From NCBI GenBank assembly GCA_031283585.1, contig JAITBP010000003.1, forward strand, positions 60,001-92,000: 32,000 nucleotides of DNA, written 5' to 3'. The notes under the pieces were generated by a model. It saw only the letters and a list, made by a program, of their open reading frames with translations, ran no database searches and had not been told where the DNA came from. This DNA is from Puniceicoccales bacterium. Lineage in GTDB: Bacteria > Verrucomicrobiota > Verrucomicrobiia > Opitutales > LL51. Both the position numbers and the translations under genes were made by a program. Positions within the stretch are counted from its first letter, which is position 1, and every line of letters starts with the position of its first letter. This document shows, in pieces, positions 15,570-26,573 of the stretch.

Positions 15570-16421
15570 ATGTTGGTTAGTGTATTAGTAATGTTTTTGT
15601 TGTATGTTTATAGTGATACAATTTATCCAATTATAAATGAGAAAGTTATTTGCAATATTGATACCATGGAAACGGAGATATATAATAAGCTAAAGGCAAC
15701 CAGTGGTGATGTATCACTCCAGGCTAGATTACTATTCGATAAGGTTTGGAATAATCTCGTTATCAAGTATGGTAATGAGGAGACGTTTAGAATGCCTCCA
15801 TATATACTATGGCTAAATGGTGCCCCTGGTTCAGGCAAAGGTTCTAATACTCGCAGTATAATGAAGGCGACAAATATATTTTCTAAGCCGGTTGTGGTCA
15901 GCGACCTACTTAATTCAGACGACAATAAGGACCTGATCGATAATGGATCGCTTATCGATGATGAGAAAGTCGTTAGACTGGTATTTGAGAAGTTGCTAGA
16001 TGGCAGCTGTAAGGGTGGCGCAATAATAGATGGTTATCCTCGTACGCTGATCCAGGCCGAGTGTGCCTATTTGCTCATGATAAAACTCCGGCAATTGCCT
16101 AAGGGTAAAAATACTAAGTTTTCTGTTGTAATTCTCAATGTGGATGAAAAGACCAGTGTGGAGAGGCAGTTATACAGAGGTAGAATTGCCGAAATGAACA
16201 ACGATAATGTGAAAAGAACCGGTGTTGGTGAGTTCCAGGAGATACGTAAGACAGATATGGACCCCAAATTTGCTAGAGCCAGATACCGGACGTTTTTGGA
16301 ACAAACAAAAGAAGCACTGGAGTTCATGAAGAAAGTCACCGAAGCCCATGAAATAAGCGCTGCTGGATCTTTTGAGGAAATAAAAACCAGGATATATGAG
16401 TCGTTGCGTAAAAAGATGTAA
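15570..16421 (+). CDS. Adenylate kinase-family (NMP kinase) protein, divergent, with an N-terminal extension.
   Basis: It has the P-loop NGAPGSGKGS, IIDGYPRTLIQAE (compare DGFPRT..QA) and a LID-like YRGR...RKTDMDP...RYRTF. Apart from a gap of about 7 residues in the NMP-binding segment, it aligns colinearly with E. coli Adk by eye. The start is uncertain, with an alternative ATG at 15666. Confidence 0.65.
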   Translation: MLVSVLVMFLLYVYSDTIYPIINEKVICNIDTMETEIYNKLKATSGDVSLQARLLFDKVWNNLVIKYGNEETFRMPPYILWLNGAPGSGKGSNTRSIMKATNIFSKPVVVSDLLNSDDNKDLIDNGSLIDDEKVVRLVFEKLLDGSCKGGAIIDGYPRTLIQAECAYLLMIKLRQLPKGKNTKFSVVILNVDEKTSVERQLYRGRIAEMNNDNVKRTGVGEFQEIRKTDMDPKFARARYRTFLEQTKEALEFMKKVTEAHEISAAGSFEEIKTRIYESLRKKM

Positions 16422-16452
16422 CCTTTCTGTACTTTGCAGTTGATTCTTTTCC

Positions 16453-17541
16453 ATGGATAGGTTACCAGATATTTCGAGGTTCAGGAAAAGATTCGAGGCC
16501 CTTGAGAATGAGATGGCCGATGAGAAGTTTTTCTCAGACCGAAGAAAAGCAGCTGAGTTATCCAAAGAACACAGCAGGTTAGCTTTACTTTTGTCCAAAT
16601 TTGAATCCTACGAAATGATGAAAAAATCTATTTCGGACAGTGCCAATATGGCAAAAGACCCGTCTCTGGATCAGGAGATGCGTGATCTTGCAGCAGAGGA
16701 TGTCGAATCAGGCAACGTGGAATTGGATAGACTGGTCCGTGATATATTACTTGCCATGATTCCCGGTGATAAAAGTGACTCACGAAATACGGTGATTGAG
16801 ATCCGTGCTGGTACCGGCGGAGATGAAGCAAGTCTTTTTGCCGGAGATCTTTACAGAATGTATACCCGGTATGCCGAGAGGCGTGGCTGGACCGTGGAGA
16901 TCCTCGGTACAAGTGCCTCGGAATGCGGAGGAGTTAAGGAAATTTCGTTCCTGATAAGCGGTGATGAGGTTTATAAAAATTTAAAATTTGAAAGTGGTGT
17001 GCATCGGGTTCAAAGAATTCCAACCACCGAGGCAAATGGCCGAATCCATACGTCGGCGGCTACGGTTGCAGTTTTACCTGAGGCAGAAGAGGTTGACATA
17101 CATATAGCGCCGGAGGAGCTTGAGATATCCATATGTCGAGCCAGTGGTCCCGGTGGTCAGGGTGTGAATACCACCGATTCGGCGGTACAGATACTACATA
17201 GGCCGACGGGAATGATTGTAACCTGTGCAGATGAAAGATCTCAGCAAAAAAATCGCGTGAAAGCGATGACGGTCCTACGCTCCAGATTGTTACAGAAGAA
17301 AGAGGAGGAAGAACATGCAAAGTACGCCGCGGATCGCAAAAGCCAGGTAGGATCCGGCGATCGTTCCGAGCGGATAAGAACTTATAATTTTCCACAGAAT
17401 AGGCTTACAGATCACAGGATTCAAATGACACTATACAGTTTGCCCCAGATAATGGACGGTGATCTGGATGAGTTGGTAAATGCACTGATTTTATTTGATA
17501 CGGAGCAAAAAATTGAGGGTCTGCTAACCAACAAATGCTGA
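16453..17541 (+). CDS. prfA: Peptide chain release factor 1.
   Basis: It has the GGQ motif [15 protein letters not shown] and the RF1-type tripeptide region [16 protein letters not shown]. The length is 362 aa. Confidence 0.93.
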   Translation: MDRLPDISRFRKRFEALENEMADEKFFSDRRKAAELSKEHSRLALLLSKFESYEMMKKSISDSANMAKDPSLDQEMRDLAAEDVESGNVELDRLVRDILLAMIPGDKSDSRNTVIEIRAGTGGDEASLFAGDLYRMYTRYAERRGWTVEILGTSASECGGVKEISFLISGDEVYKNLKFESGVHRVQRIPTTEANGRIHTSAATVAVLPEAEEVDIHIAPEELEISICRASGPGGQGVNTTDSAVQILHRPTGMIVTCADERSQQKNRVKAMTVLRSRLLQKKEEEEHAKYAADRKSQVGSGDRSERIRTYNFPQNRLTDHRIQMTLYSLPQIMDGDLDELVNALILFDTEQKIEGLLTNKC

Positions 17542-17557
17542 TTTTGGTATAAATTTC

Positions 17558-17585
17558 TTGTGTATTTAGTCTAAAATTCTATAAT
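17558..17585 (+). promoter_or_regulatory. Possible sigma-70-type promoter for gap.
   Basis: A perfect TATAAT at 17580-17585 is preceded by TTGTGT at 17558-17563 with a 16-nt spacer. It lies 28 nt upstream of the gap ATG. Confidence 0.4.
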
Positions 17586-17613
17586 CTAGACAGATTTGTT
17601 TTCAAATAAAAAT

Positions 17614-18639
17614 ATGGCAATTAGAGTAGCAATAAATGGGTTTGGTAGAATTGGTAGACTTGTCTTCAGGGCAATTGTAGATAGTGGGAAGTTTGGCAAA
17701 GAGATAGAAGTTGTTGCTGTCAATGACCTTGTCCCTGCGGATAATCTGGCGTATCTGCTGAAATACGATTCTACCCAGGGTAAGTTTACCGGTGAGGTTC
17801 GGGCCGATGGTGAAGAGGTGTTAATAGTTAACGGTAAAAGGATTAGGTGCCTAGCAGTTAAGGATGGGCCCGGTGCCATGCCCTGGAAAGACCTGGAAGT
17901 GGATGTGGTCGTAGAATCGACCGGATTATTTGCCAGTGATATCCTTGCGGAAGGCCATCTGAAAGCCGGTGCGAAGAAGGTTATAATATCTGCTCCAGCC
18001 AAGGGCGAAAGAGTAAAAACCATTGTGCTTGGCGTCAATCATAATACCCTAACCAAGGATCACAATATAATTTCCAATGCATCCTGTACCACCAATTGTT
18101 TGGCACCAATAACCAAGGTGATCGTTGACAATTTCGGCATAGTAGAAGGACTTATGACTACTATCCACAGCTATACAGCGACCCAAAAAACCGTGGATGG
18201 TCCGTCGCGTAAGGATTGGAAGGGTGGACGTAGTGCTGCGGTGAATATAATTCCATCCACCACCGGTGCCGCCGCCGCCGTTGGATTGGTTTTACCTGAG
18301 GTAAAAGGTAAGCTTACCGGCATGTCATTCCGGGTACCGACTCCGACGGTTTCTGTGGTTGACCTGACTGTAAAGACCGAAAAACCAACGTCCTATAAAG
18401 AGATTTGCCAAAAAATGGAAGAGGCCTCCAATGGCTATTTGAAGGGAATTTTGTGCTATACGGCCGACGAGGTGGTTTCTTCTGATTTCATCCACTGCAG
18501 CCATTCTTCTATTTTTGATGCTGGATCTGGCATCGAACTGAACCAGACCTTTTTCAAGCTCGTCAGTTGGTATGACAATGAATGGGGTTACAGTTGCCGC
18601 TGCGTTGAACTTATCGACAAAATAAAACAATTTCTTTAA
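17614..18639 (+). CDS. gap: Glyceraldehyde-3-phosphate dehydrogenase (type I).
   Basis: The start [15 protein letters not shown] is the ATG at 17614, which I preferred to the TTG at 17596. The active site is [12 protein letters not shown], and WYDNEWGY lies near the C-terminus. Confidence 0.95.
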   Translation: MAIRVAINGFGRIGRLVFRAIVDSGKFGKEIEVVAVNDLVPADNLAYLLKYDSTQGKFTGEVRADGEEVLIVNGKRIRCLAVKDGPGAMPWKDLEVDVVVESTGLFASDILAEGHLKAGAKKVIISAPAKGERVKTIVLGVNHNTLTKDHNIISNASCTTNCLAPITKVIVDNFGIVEGLMTTIHSYTATQKTVDGPSRKDWKGGRSAAVNIIPSTTGAAAAVGLVLPEVKGKLTGMSFRVPTPTVSVVDLTVKTEKPTSYKEICQKMEEASNGYLKGILCYTADEVVSSDFIHCSHSSIFDAGSGIELNQTFFKLVSWYDNEWGYSCRCVELIDKIKQFL

Positions 18640-18675
18640 ACTCCATCCTATTCGATTCAAACGTTAGTTAATATT

Positions 18676-18702
18676 AAAAAAACAGCCTTCGGGCTGTTTT
18701 TT
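18676..18702. terminator. Bidirectional intrinsic terminator between the convergent genes gap and the 18730-19212 gene.
   Basis: The sequence AAAAAAA-CAGCC-TTCG-GGCTG-TTTTTT forms a GC-rich stem with a tetraloop. The flanking A7 and T6 tracts could let it terminate transcription on both strands. Confidence 0.75.
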
Positions 18703-18729
18703 GTAAGTAAAGATAAAGAAAAAAAACTG

Positions 18730-19212
18730 CTAGGTTTTTTCAATGTCTTCAATATCAGGTATATTGCTTCGATTTATGCCGGTTATGACTATATCTATTT
18801 TATCGATATTTTTTATACCAATGTCATCGGCCAACACAATATGCAGGTGTTTTTGTAGCCTAGTACTGACCTCGGGTAGCTTCTGATCGCTAGGGATATT
18901 AAAGCTTATTTTGATATTTATTTTTTTACTTTTACAAAAAATATCTATCCTTGGTCTGGACTGCATTCCTAGGGATTCGCAGGCTTCTCGGATGGTTTCC
19001 TTTAGTACGGATTTTTTTATAAAAACCTTACCACTTTCATTGTCCAGTAGGCACAGAATTGTTTTCTTGGCAGATCGTAGGGCGATTTTTATCAGGACAT
19101 AAACGGCCATTAACCCAATAAACCACAGGAAATATCTAGAGGTAACGAGGCAATAAATAACACCGTCTGTCTGAAGCTGAGTCAGCAGCCAATTATAAAA
19201 ATCTCCTAACAT
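18730..19212 (-). CDS. Membrane-anchored Asp23/AmaP-like protein (hypothetical).
   Basis: An N-terminal TM segment FLWFIGLMAVYVLIKIAL is followed by an alternating beta pattern, INIKISFNIPSDQKLPEVSTRLQKHLHIVLADDIGIKNIDKIDIVITGI, which resembles Asp23/alkaline-shock family repeats. This is based on pattern similarity only. Confidence 0.4.
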   Translation of the reverse strand: MLGDFYNWLLTQLQTDGVIYCLVTSRYFLWFIGLMAVYVLIKIALRSAKKTILCLLDNESGKVFIKKSVLKETIREACESLGMQSRPRIDIFCKSKKINIKISFNIPSDQKLPEVSTRLQKHLHIVLADDIGIKNIDKIDIVITGINRSNIPDIEDIEKT

Positions 19213-19264
19213 CCGACAAAGATGTTACTAATATGATGGCACATATAAAGAAGAAAATTATGAT

Positions 19265-19714
19265 TCAGCATCCGCTGATGTTGAAAATTGACTGATCGAG
19301 GGCATGCCACACCAGTGTTGCACATTTTATTCGCATTGGAAAATTTCTAACACCAGCCAATGCTAGGATATCAGTTGCTTTTTTAATGCTTTCGTAGTCT
19401 AAATTATCAGAGGTGGTTAGGAAACATTGGGCCGAGGCAGAAAGCGCAAGGGCATCCTCCAACCGTTTAAATTTCACATTTTCACTCATTATCGAGGCCG
19501 ATGCCATTGAAATCGCGCAGCCACTACATTCAAAATTGACATCGGTTATCATTCCCTGGCTGATCGTCAAGTAAACAGTTACCTCGTCACCACAGGAAGG
19601 ATTTGTTCCATTTGCTTCGGTGGTAAATCGCGTTGGACGACCGTAATTCCGTGGATTCTTGTAGTGGTCAAGTATGATTTCTTTATATAAATTATCGATT
19701 TCTGTGTTTATCAT
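19265..19714 (-). CDS. sufU: SUF-type NifU-family Fe-S cluster scaffold (SufU/IscU-like).
   Basis: Motifs present are ILDHYKNPRNYG, NPSCGDEVTVYL, ECSGCAISMASAS and RIKCATLVWHAL. The length is 149 aa. Confidence 0.85.
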   Translation of the reverse strand: MINTEIDNLYKEIILDHYKNPRNYGRPTRFTTEANGTNPSCGDEVTVYLTISQGMITDVNFECSGCAISMASASIMSENVKFKRLEDALALSASAQCFLTTSDNLDYESIKKATDILALAGVRNFPMRIKCATLVWHALDQSIFNISGC

Positions 19715-19739
19715 TGCAGTGCAAAATCATCAATCTCAT

Positions 19740-20122
19740 GACGCGGATATAAAAATTTATTACTAATGCAAGGTGTAAAATTTTTTTACTAAAAAATAAT
19801 AGATTATGCTACAAAACTTATTGCTGATTTATGAGTTATAGATCGATAAAGTTATTCACATACCTATTGTTAATAACTTGTGCATATATTGGGCTTGATA
19901 CCAAAAAATCTTTTGCAAAACTGTTAGGTTCTGATGGCGATGAATACTATCGGTAGATTGAAGTGGAAGTTGTTATCATCCGTCAAATACAGTATTTTAG
20001 CGGGATGTGGATATTTTTTATAGATTGGTTTTGTGAGTTTGTTGCCTGGAAAAAATGCGCAAGCTTGGTTGGCAGTGAAAGCACTAGGGTGATTTATATG
20101 TTGCCAGAAATGTTAATAACTT
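19740..20122. other. Candidate chromosomal replication origin (oriC) with the dnaA promoter region.
   Basis: This is a 426-nt non-coding gap between the divergent genes sufU and dnaA. TTATTCACA at 19852-19860 matches TTATNCACA exactly. TGTGCATAT at 19879-19887 and TGTGGATAT at 20006-20014 are reverse-strand boxes with one mismatch each. A very AT-rich tract lies at about 19750-19850. Confidence 0.45.
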
Positions 20123-20140
20123 TTGATGCGTTGTGTTGGT

Positions 20141-21523
20141 ATGGCGAACCTTGCAAATATAAATGATATCTGGAATGTGGTGAAGGAGGACTTCAAAAAG
20201 TCATTTCCGGCAGATGTATACAGTACCTGGTTCGATACAATCCCAGGTGTGAAACAGAGTGGCAATGATAGCGTAATTATCATGGTGCCTAACGATTTCG
20301 CCGCCATATGGATCCACGATAACTACCGGGATATTATAATCGATAAATTCCAAATGGCCCTGGGGCATTCCACCGAAATATCCTTCGAAGTTGTCTGTGA
20401 TGATGTTGACTGTGGCTATGCCGATCAAAAGCCGCTAAAAAAACGTACAGCCAAGGGCAGTAAGGATTCCAAGGCCAACTGTTCTGATAATTCTGAAGAG
20501 TATGCACTTAGTCCGCGCAATACCTTTGAAAATTTCGTAATTGGTACCGGAAACCAAATGGCCCATGCGGCCAGTATTGCCATAGCAAATGCGCCGGCTA
20601 AAGCCTATAATCCATTGTTTTTGTATGGGTTTACAGGTCTTGGTAAAACCCATTTAATGCACGCTGTTGCCCATCATGTTTTAGCCCATAACAGGAACAC
20701 AAAAGTCGTGTATACCTCTACGGAAAAATTCACCAATGAGTTTATCCATGCCATTCAATCCAATGCCATGACAAGGTTTCGCTCGAAATATAGAAACGTA
20801 GACGTACTGTTGCTGGATGATATTCATTTTCTTTCCGGTAAAGAACGCATACAGGAGGAATTTTTTTACACTTTTAATGATCTTTTTGAATCACAAAAAC
20901 AGATATTTTTATGTAGCGATAGGCCGGCTTCAGAAATTGCAGATCTTGAAAGTAGACTTGTGTCAAGGTTTCAATGGGGCCTGGTTACCGACATACAGCC
21001 GCCGGATCTTGAAACCAGGACTGCTATACTTTCGAGAAAGGCGGAAGCTATGCACCTTAGCTTGGATAGCGATGTGTTACTATATCTGGCGGAACACATC
21101 TCCACAAATATTAGGCGGCTTGAAGGGGCACTAACCCGTCTGGCCAGCTTCATAAAATTGTCCAAAATAAACGTGGATATCCATGCCATAAAGACGATAA
21201 TGCGTGATATCTTTGAAGAGGAAAAGAATGTCCAGTTGCCGATCGATGCAATACAACAAAGAGTGGCTGAATTTTTCAAAATAAAAGCGTCAGATATTCT
21301 TGGCAAGCGGAGGCCGGCGAACATAGCATTGCCGCGGCAGGTTGCCATGTACCTGAGCAGATCCTTGACAACACTCTCACTGGTAGACATAGGTCTCGCG
21401 TTCGGTGGTCGAGATCATGGAACGGTTATTCATGCCTGTAAATCCATCGAAAATATCATGAAAATAGATCCTACTTTGAAGCGCAATGTCGATCATCTCA
21501 AAAAGATATTGCAAAATAGGTAA
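20141..21523 (+). CDS. dnaA: Chromosomal replication initiator protein DnaA.
   Basis: It has Walker [11 protein letters not shown], Walker [10 protein letters not shown], and the C-terminal DNA-binding region RQVAMYLSR...[17 protein letters not shown] chose the ATG at 20141 ([12 protein letters not shown]). Alternative starts are the ATG at 20126 and the TTG at 20123. Confidence 0.93.
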   Translation: MANLANINDIWNVVKEDFKKSFPADVYSTWFDTIPGVKQSGNDSVIIMVPNDFAAIWIHDNYRDIIIDKFQMALGHSTEISFEVVCDDVDCGYADQKPLKKRTAKGSKDSKANCSDNSEEYALSPRNTFENFVIGTGNQMAHAASIAIANAPAKAYNPLFLYGFTGLGKTHLMHAVAHHVLAHNRNTKVVYTSTEKFTNEFIHAIQSNAMTRFRSKYRNVDVLLLDDIHFLSGKERIQEEFFYTFNDLFESQKQIFLCSDRPASEIADLESRLVSRFQWGLVTDIQPPDLETRTAILSRKAEAMHLSLDSDVLLYLAEHISTNIRRLEGALTRLASFIKLSKINVDIHAIKTIMRDIFEEEKNVQLPIDAIQQRVAEFFKIKASDILGKRRPANIALPRQVAMYLSRSLTTLSLVDIGLAFGGRDHGTVIHACKSIENIMKIDPTLKRNVDHLKKILQNR

Positions 21524-21539
21524 AGCTAGGTGTTCTAGA

Positions 21540-22886
21540 ATGGCAACAGGAATGAAGCAGCGTACGATCAGACGAGAAGCAAGCATCCGTGGGAAAGCTC
21601 TACACACCGGCACCGAAGTAACTCTTACAATAAAACCAGCCAAGGAAAATGTTGGCATAGTATTCCGGCGCATGGACCTGTATAATAGGCCGGAAATTTG
21701 TCCATCGGTTGATGCCATCGGTGACCTGATTCGTTGTACGACAATAACATCTGGTCACGTAAAGGTTCACACAGTCGAGCATATACTCAGCGCCATATAC
21801 GGCATGAATGTGGACAACATCATCATAGAAATGGATGCTTCCGAGCCACCGATACTGGATGGATCGGCGAAATTTTTTGCTAATTTGATAAATGAAGCTG
21901 AACCTATTGAACAGGAGGAGGATCGTGTATACTGTGATATCACGAAGCCGATTTCTGTAACCCGGGGTAATCGTTCGATGATCGCCTTGCCCTACGATGG
22001 GTTCAAAATAACCTGTACTTCCTCCGATGATAGAGGCATACATACACAGCATCTGTCCATCGACCTAGATCCCGAGGTTTATTTATCAGAAGTAGCTCCA
22101 GCAAGGACATTTACGATATATGAGGACATCGAAGAGCTCCTGAAGCTCGGCAAAATCCAGGGAGGCAGTTTGGATTCGGCAATAGTCATAAAGGGCGATA
22201 AGATATTATCAAAAGAGCCGTTGAGGTTTGCCGACGAGTTCGTTCGGCACAAGGTCTTGGATGTGGTAGGAGACCTGGCGTTGGTAGGAATGCCGATAAG
22301 GGGCCATATAATTGCCGTGAGGCCTGGCCATGCTTTGAACGCCGAATTAACAAGAGGCATTGTCAACTCGTACAATGAAGCAAAGACGGGTAAAAAAAAG
22401 ATGCCTCAAACGCCGGCTGGTCCAGTGGTAATCAACGAGGAAGAGGCCTGCCTGGACATAAAACAGGTACTAAACACGTTGCCACACAGGTATCCATTTG
22501 TGTTGATAGACCGGGTTGTAGAATTCATTGGTGATACAGAACTACGTGCCATAAAGAATGTTACAATAAATGAGCCCTATTTTGTTGGTCATTTCCCTGG
22601 CCAACCGGTGATGCCCGGTGTTCTTCAAATAGAAGCCATGGCCCAGGCTGCCGGCCTATTGATGATGCGCCGGGGTGGCATTGAAAACAAGTTAGCCTAC
22701 TTTATGAGTTGCGACAAGGTCAAATTTCGGAAGGCCGTTGTGCCGGGCGATCAATTGGAAATATGCGTAAAATTACTGAAGCGGCGCGGAGACAGAATCG
22801 GTATAGCCGAAGCTCAGAGTAGAGTTAATGGGAAAGTCGTATCGTCGGCCGAATTGATGTTTTCCATAGTGGATCACGAAGAGTGA
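21540..22886 (+). CDS. lpxC-fabZ: Bifunctional UDP-3-O-acyl-GlcNAc deacetylase / 3-hydroxyacyl-ACP dehydratase (LpxC-FabZ fusion).
   Basis: The LpxC half has [26 protein letters not shown] and [12 protein letters not shown]. The FabZ half has [13 protein letters not shown] and [20 protein letters not shown] chose the ATG at 21540, which is 16 nt after the dnaA stop codon. Confidence 0.92.
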   Translation: MATGMKQRTIRREASIRGKALHTGTEVTLTIKPAKENVGIVFRRMDLYNRPEICPSVDAIGDLIRCTTITSGHVKVHTVEHILSAIYGMNVDNIIIEMDASEPPILDGSAKFFANLINEAEPIEQEEDRVYCDITKPISVTRGNRSMIALPYDGFKITCTSSDDRGIHTQHLSIDLDPEVYLSEVAPARTFTIYEDIEELLKLGKIQGGSLDSAIVIKGDKILSKEPLRFADEFVRHKVLDVVGDLALVGMPIRGHIIAVRPGHALNAELTRGIVNSYNEAKTGKKKMPQTPAGPVVINEEEACLDIKQVLNTLPHRYPFVLIDRVVEFIGDTELRAIKNVTINEPYFVGHFPGQPVMPGVLQIEAMAQAAGLLMMRRGGIENKLAYFMSCDKVKFRKAVVPGDQLEICVKLLKRRGDRIGIAEAQSRVNGKVVSSAELMFSIVDHEE

Positions 22887-22887
22887 C

Positions 22888-23664
22888 ATGGCTAAAAAAA
22901 TTCACAGTACGGCTATAATAGAGCCTGGAGCCCAGCTGGCCGATGATGTGGAGGTTGGTGCCCAGGCCTACATTGGCAGCCAGGTGAAAATTGGCCCAGG
23001 TTCGGTCATTATGCATCATGCTACGGTGGAAGGAGATACGTCCATTGGCCGTTGCAACGTTATCTATCCCTACGCCTATCTCGGTGGACTTACCCAGGAT
23101 TTAAAATACACCGGTGGAAAATCCAGGTTATTGATAGGCGATAATAATATATTTCGTGAATTTTTTACAATACATACAGCCACAAGTCCGAACCATGCCA
23201 CAATCGTAGGTGATAATAATGCTTTCCTGGCCTATGCCCATGTGGCCCATGATTGTGTTGTGGGCAGTGGAGTGATTATGAGTAGCCATTCGGCACTCGG
23301 TGGTCATGTCCTGGTAGAAGACTATGCCAATATCGGATGGGGTTCCGGAGTTCATCAGTTCTGCCGAATCGGTAGCTATGCAATGCTGTCGGCTATGTCC
23401 AAGGCAACGATGGATGTGCCACCCTATATGATTGCCGATGGTAACCCGGCTAGAACAAAGGCATTTAACAAGATACTACTTGACCGTCATGGATTTAATG
23501 AACAAGAGATTCGTGTGATTAGGGAAATTTACGTGATGTTGTATGTGCAAAAGGGGATTAGAGCAGATTCATTGGCAAAGCTGAGAGAAGCCAGTTTGAC
23601 CAGTGGCGATTTATATGATAGGGTGTGTTCGTTTTTCGATGCTAGCACTCGTGGTGTCTGCTAG
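22888..23664 (+). CDS. lpxA: Acyl-ACP--UDP-N-acetylglucosamine O-acyltransferase.
   Basis: The N-terminus IHSTAIIEPGAQL is followed by hexapeptide repeats, and NxxGLxR-like LLDRHGF lies in the C-terminal helical domain. The gene starts 1 nt after the lpxC-fabZ stop codon. Confidence 0.9.
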   Translation: MAKKIHSTAIIEPGAQLADDVEVGAQAYIGSQVKIGPGSVIMHHATVEGDTSIGRCNVIYPYAYLGGLTQDLKYTGGKSRLLIGDNNIFREFFTIHTATSPNHATIVGDNNAFLAYAHVAHDCVVGSGVIMSSHSALGGHVLVEDYANIGWGSGVHQFCRIGSYAMLSAMSKATMDVPPYMIADGNPARTKAFNKILLDRHGFNEQEIRVIREIYVMLYVQKGIRADSLAKLREASLTSGDLYDRVCSFFDASTRGVC

Positions 23665-23744
23665 CAATTTTATCTACATCAAATGTTGTAAAAATGTTGC
23701 GGATGTTTGTGTTATTGTTCTACTTAACCCCAGGTGAACGTTGA

Positions 23745-24626
23745 ATGAAGGGCATAAAGGAGATTCGTCAAAGAATTAAAATAGTTGATGGCACTGCGAA
23801 AATAACCAAAGCCATGCAGCTGGTCGCGGCCTCAAAGATGAAAAAGGCCCAGGCCCTGGCCATTGGAAGCCGGAAATATATAGTCGGATTAACCGATATC
23901 ATTGGCTGTATGTCATTAACATGTATTGAAAAATTAAAAAGCAGTCGCTTTTTTAATATCAATGATGAGGGATCTCGTTGCGTGATTGTTGTGGCGAGCG
24001 ACAAAGGGTTATGTGGCGCAATGAATAATAATATATTTCGCGAAGCTGCTCAGGTTGAAAAAGATGCTCAATTCATCGCCGTTGGGAAAAAAGCCACCAA
24101 TTATTTGAGCCGTTGTGCTAGGAAATTAGTGGCCAGTTTTTCTATCAATGATATATCCGAATTTCACGAAATCCTTGGCATAAGTGAACTTGTTATGCAG
24201 TTGTATGAATCCGGTGAGATAAGTAGATGCGATGTGTTGTATTCGGGGTTTAAGAATACTTTGGCCTATGTGCCCGTCTATCGAAGAATCCTGCCAATGG
24301 TCGATTTTTATGATGAGTTTAAAAAGATTACCGATTTCCTAGGCATTGATAGTGAAATACTTGTGAAAGATAAAAGGAAGATGATCTTCGAACCATCGCC
24401 GGCAGGCATCCTTGATTCCATCGTAAAGACATTTATTAAGCATGGTATGTATCAAAGTATTTTGGAAGCAAAGGCTTCTGAACATAGTGCCCGGACCGTA
24501 GCCATGAAATCTGCCACGGATAACGCCAAGGAATTGTCGAAGAGCTTGAAATTAGAGTACAATAAATCCAGGCAATTTGCCATAACCAATGAGATTATTG
24601 AGCTGGCGGCAGCTAATTGTAGTTAG
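23745..24626 (+). CDS. atpG: F0F1 ATP synthase subunit gamma.
   Basis: The N-terminus is IKEIRQRIKIVDGTAKITKAMQLVAASKMKKAQ and the C-terminus is NKSRQFAITNEIIELAAA. The length is 293 aa. Confidence 0.9.
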   Translation: MKGIKEIRQRIKIVDGTAKITKAMQLVAASKMKKAQALAIGSRKYIVGLTDIIGCMSLTCIEKLKSSRFFNINDEGSRCVIVVASDKGLCGAMNNNIFREAAQVEKDAQFIAVGKKATNYLSRCARKLVASFSINDISEFHEILGISELVMQLYESGEISRCDVLYSGFKNTLAYVPVYRRILPMVDFYDEFKKITDFLGIDSEILVKDKRKMIFEPSPAGILDSIVKTFIKHGMYQSILEAKASEHSARTVAMKSATDNAKELSKSLKLEYNKSRQFAITNEIIELAAANCS

Positions 24627-26039
<1,413 letters not shown>

Positions 26040-26047
26040 GAATAGCT

Positions 26048-26458
26048 ATGCAGATTTTTCTGGAAATAATAACTCCTGGTGATGTTGTTTTTAGTGGCGA
26101 AGCGTCTTCGGTGACCATTCCTACTGCTCTTGGCGAGATCCAGATTCTGCCGGAACACAGGCCTATAATTGCCCTGGTATGGCCAGGTAGTGTTGTTGTT
26201 TCCATCGATGAAAACCGTGAAGACATTGCCGTTTCATCCGGTTTTTTGAAGTTGGAGAATAATAGGTTATTGCTGTTGGTCGACGAAGCCGTGGATATAA
26301 AATCCGTGGATATTGACAGTGTGGCAGATGCTAAAGAAGCTGCCGAAAAAGCTCTCGAGGCAGCAAGATCAAAGGGCGATTATGATCAGGAGAAAATCGA
26401 AAGCCTTGAGGCTAAAATACGTTACCATATGGCTCAACTGGCCGGCAGAGTCAGATAA
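26048..26458 (+). CDS. atpC: F0F1 ATP synthase subunit epsilon.
   Basis: The size (136 aa), the position after atpD, an N-terminal beta-sandwich pattern (EIITPGDVVFSGEASSVTIPTALGEIQILPEH) and a C-terminal helical hairpin all fit epsilon. Confidence 0.85.
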   Translation: MQIFLEIITPGDVVFSGEASSVTIPTALGEIQILPEHRPIIALVWPGSVVVSIDENREDIAVSSGFLKLENNRLLLLVDEAVDIKSVDIDSVADAKEAAEKALEAARSKGDYDQEKIESLEAKIRYHMAQLAGRVR

Positions 26459-26507
26459 TTGCTCGGCCAAGCAATTATATTTTTCTTTTTTCTTTTTTCT
26501 TTTTTTC
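26455..26507 (+). terminator. Intrinsic terminator of atpC, followed by a T-rich pyrimidine tract.
   Basis: A 9-bp stem ATAATTGCT/AGCAATTAT (26455-26463 and 26470-26478) encloses the loop CGGCCA and overlaps the atpC stop codon. It is followed by the 28-nt tract T5C-T6C-T6C-T7C at 26480-26507. Confidence 0.6.
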
Positions 26508-26573
26508 TAAAAGCATAACAATGGGCCACAACAAATCCAGGCCACAGCCTATAAAAACGGACCTCTAAATAAA

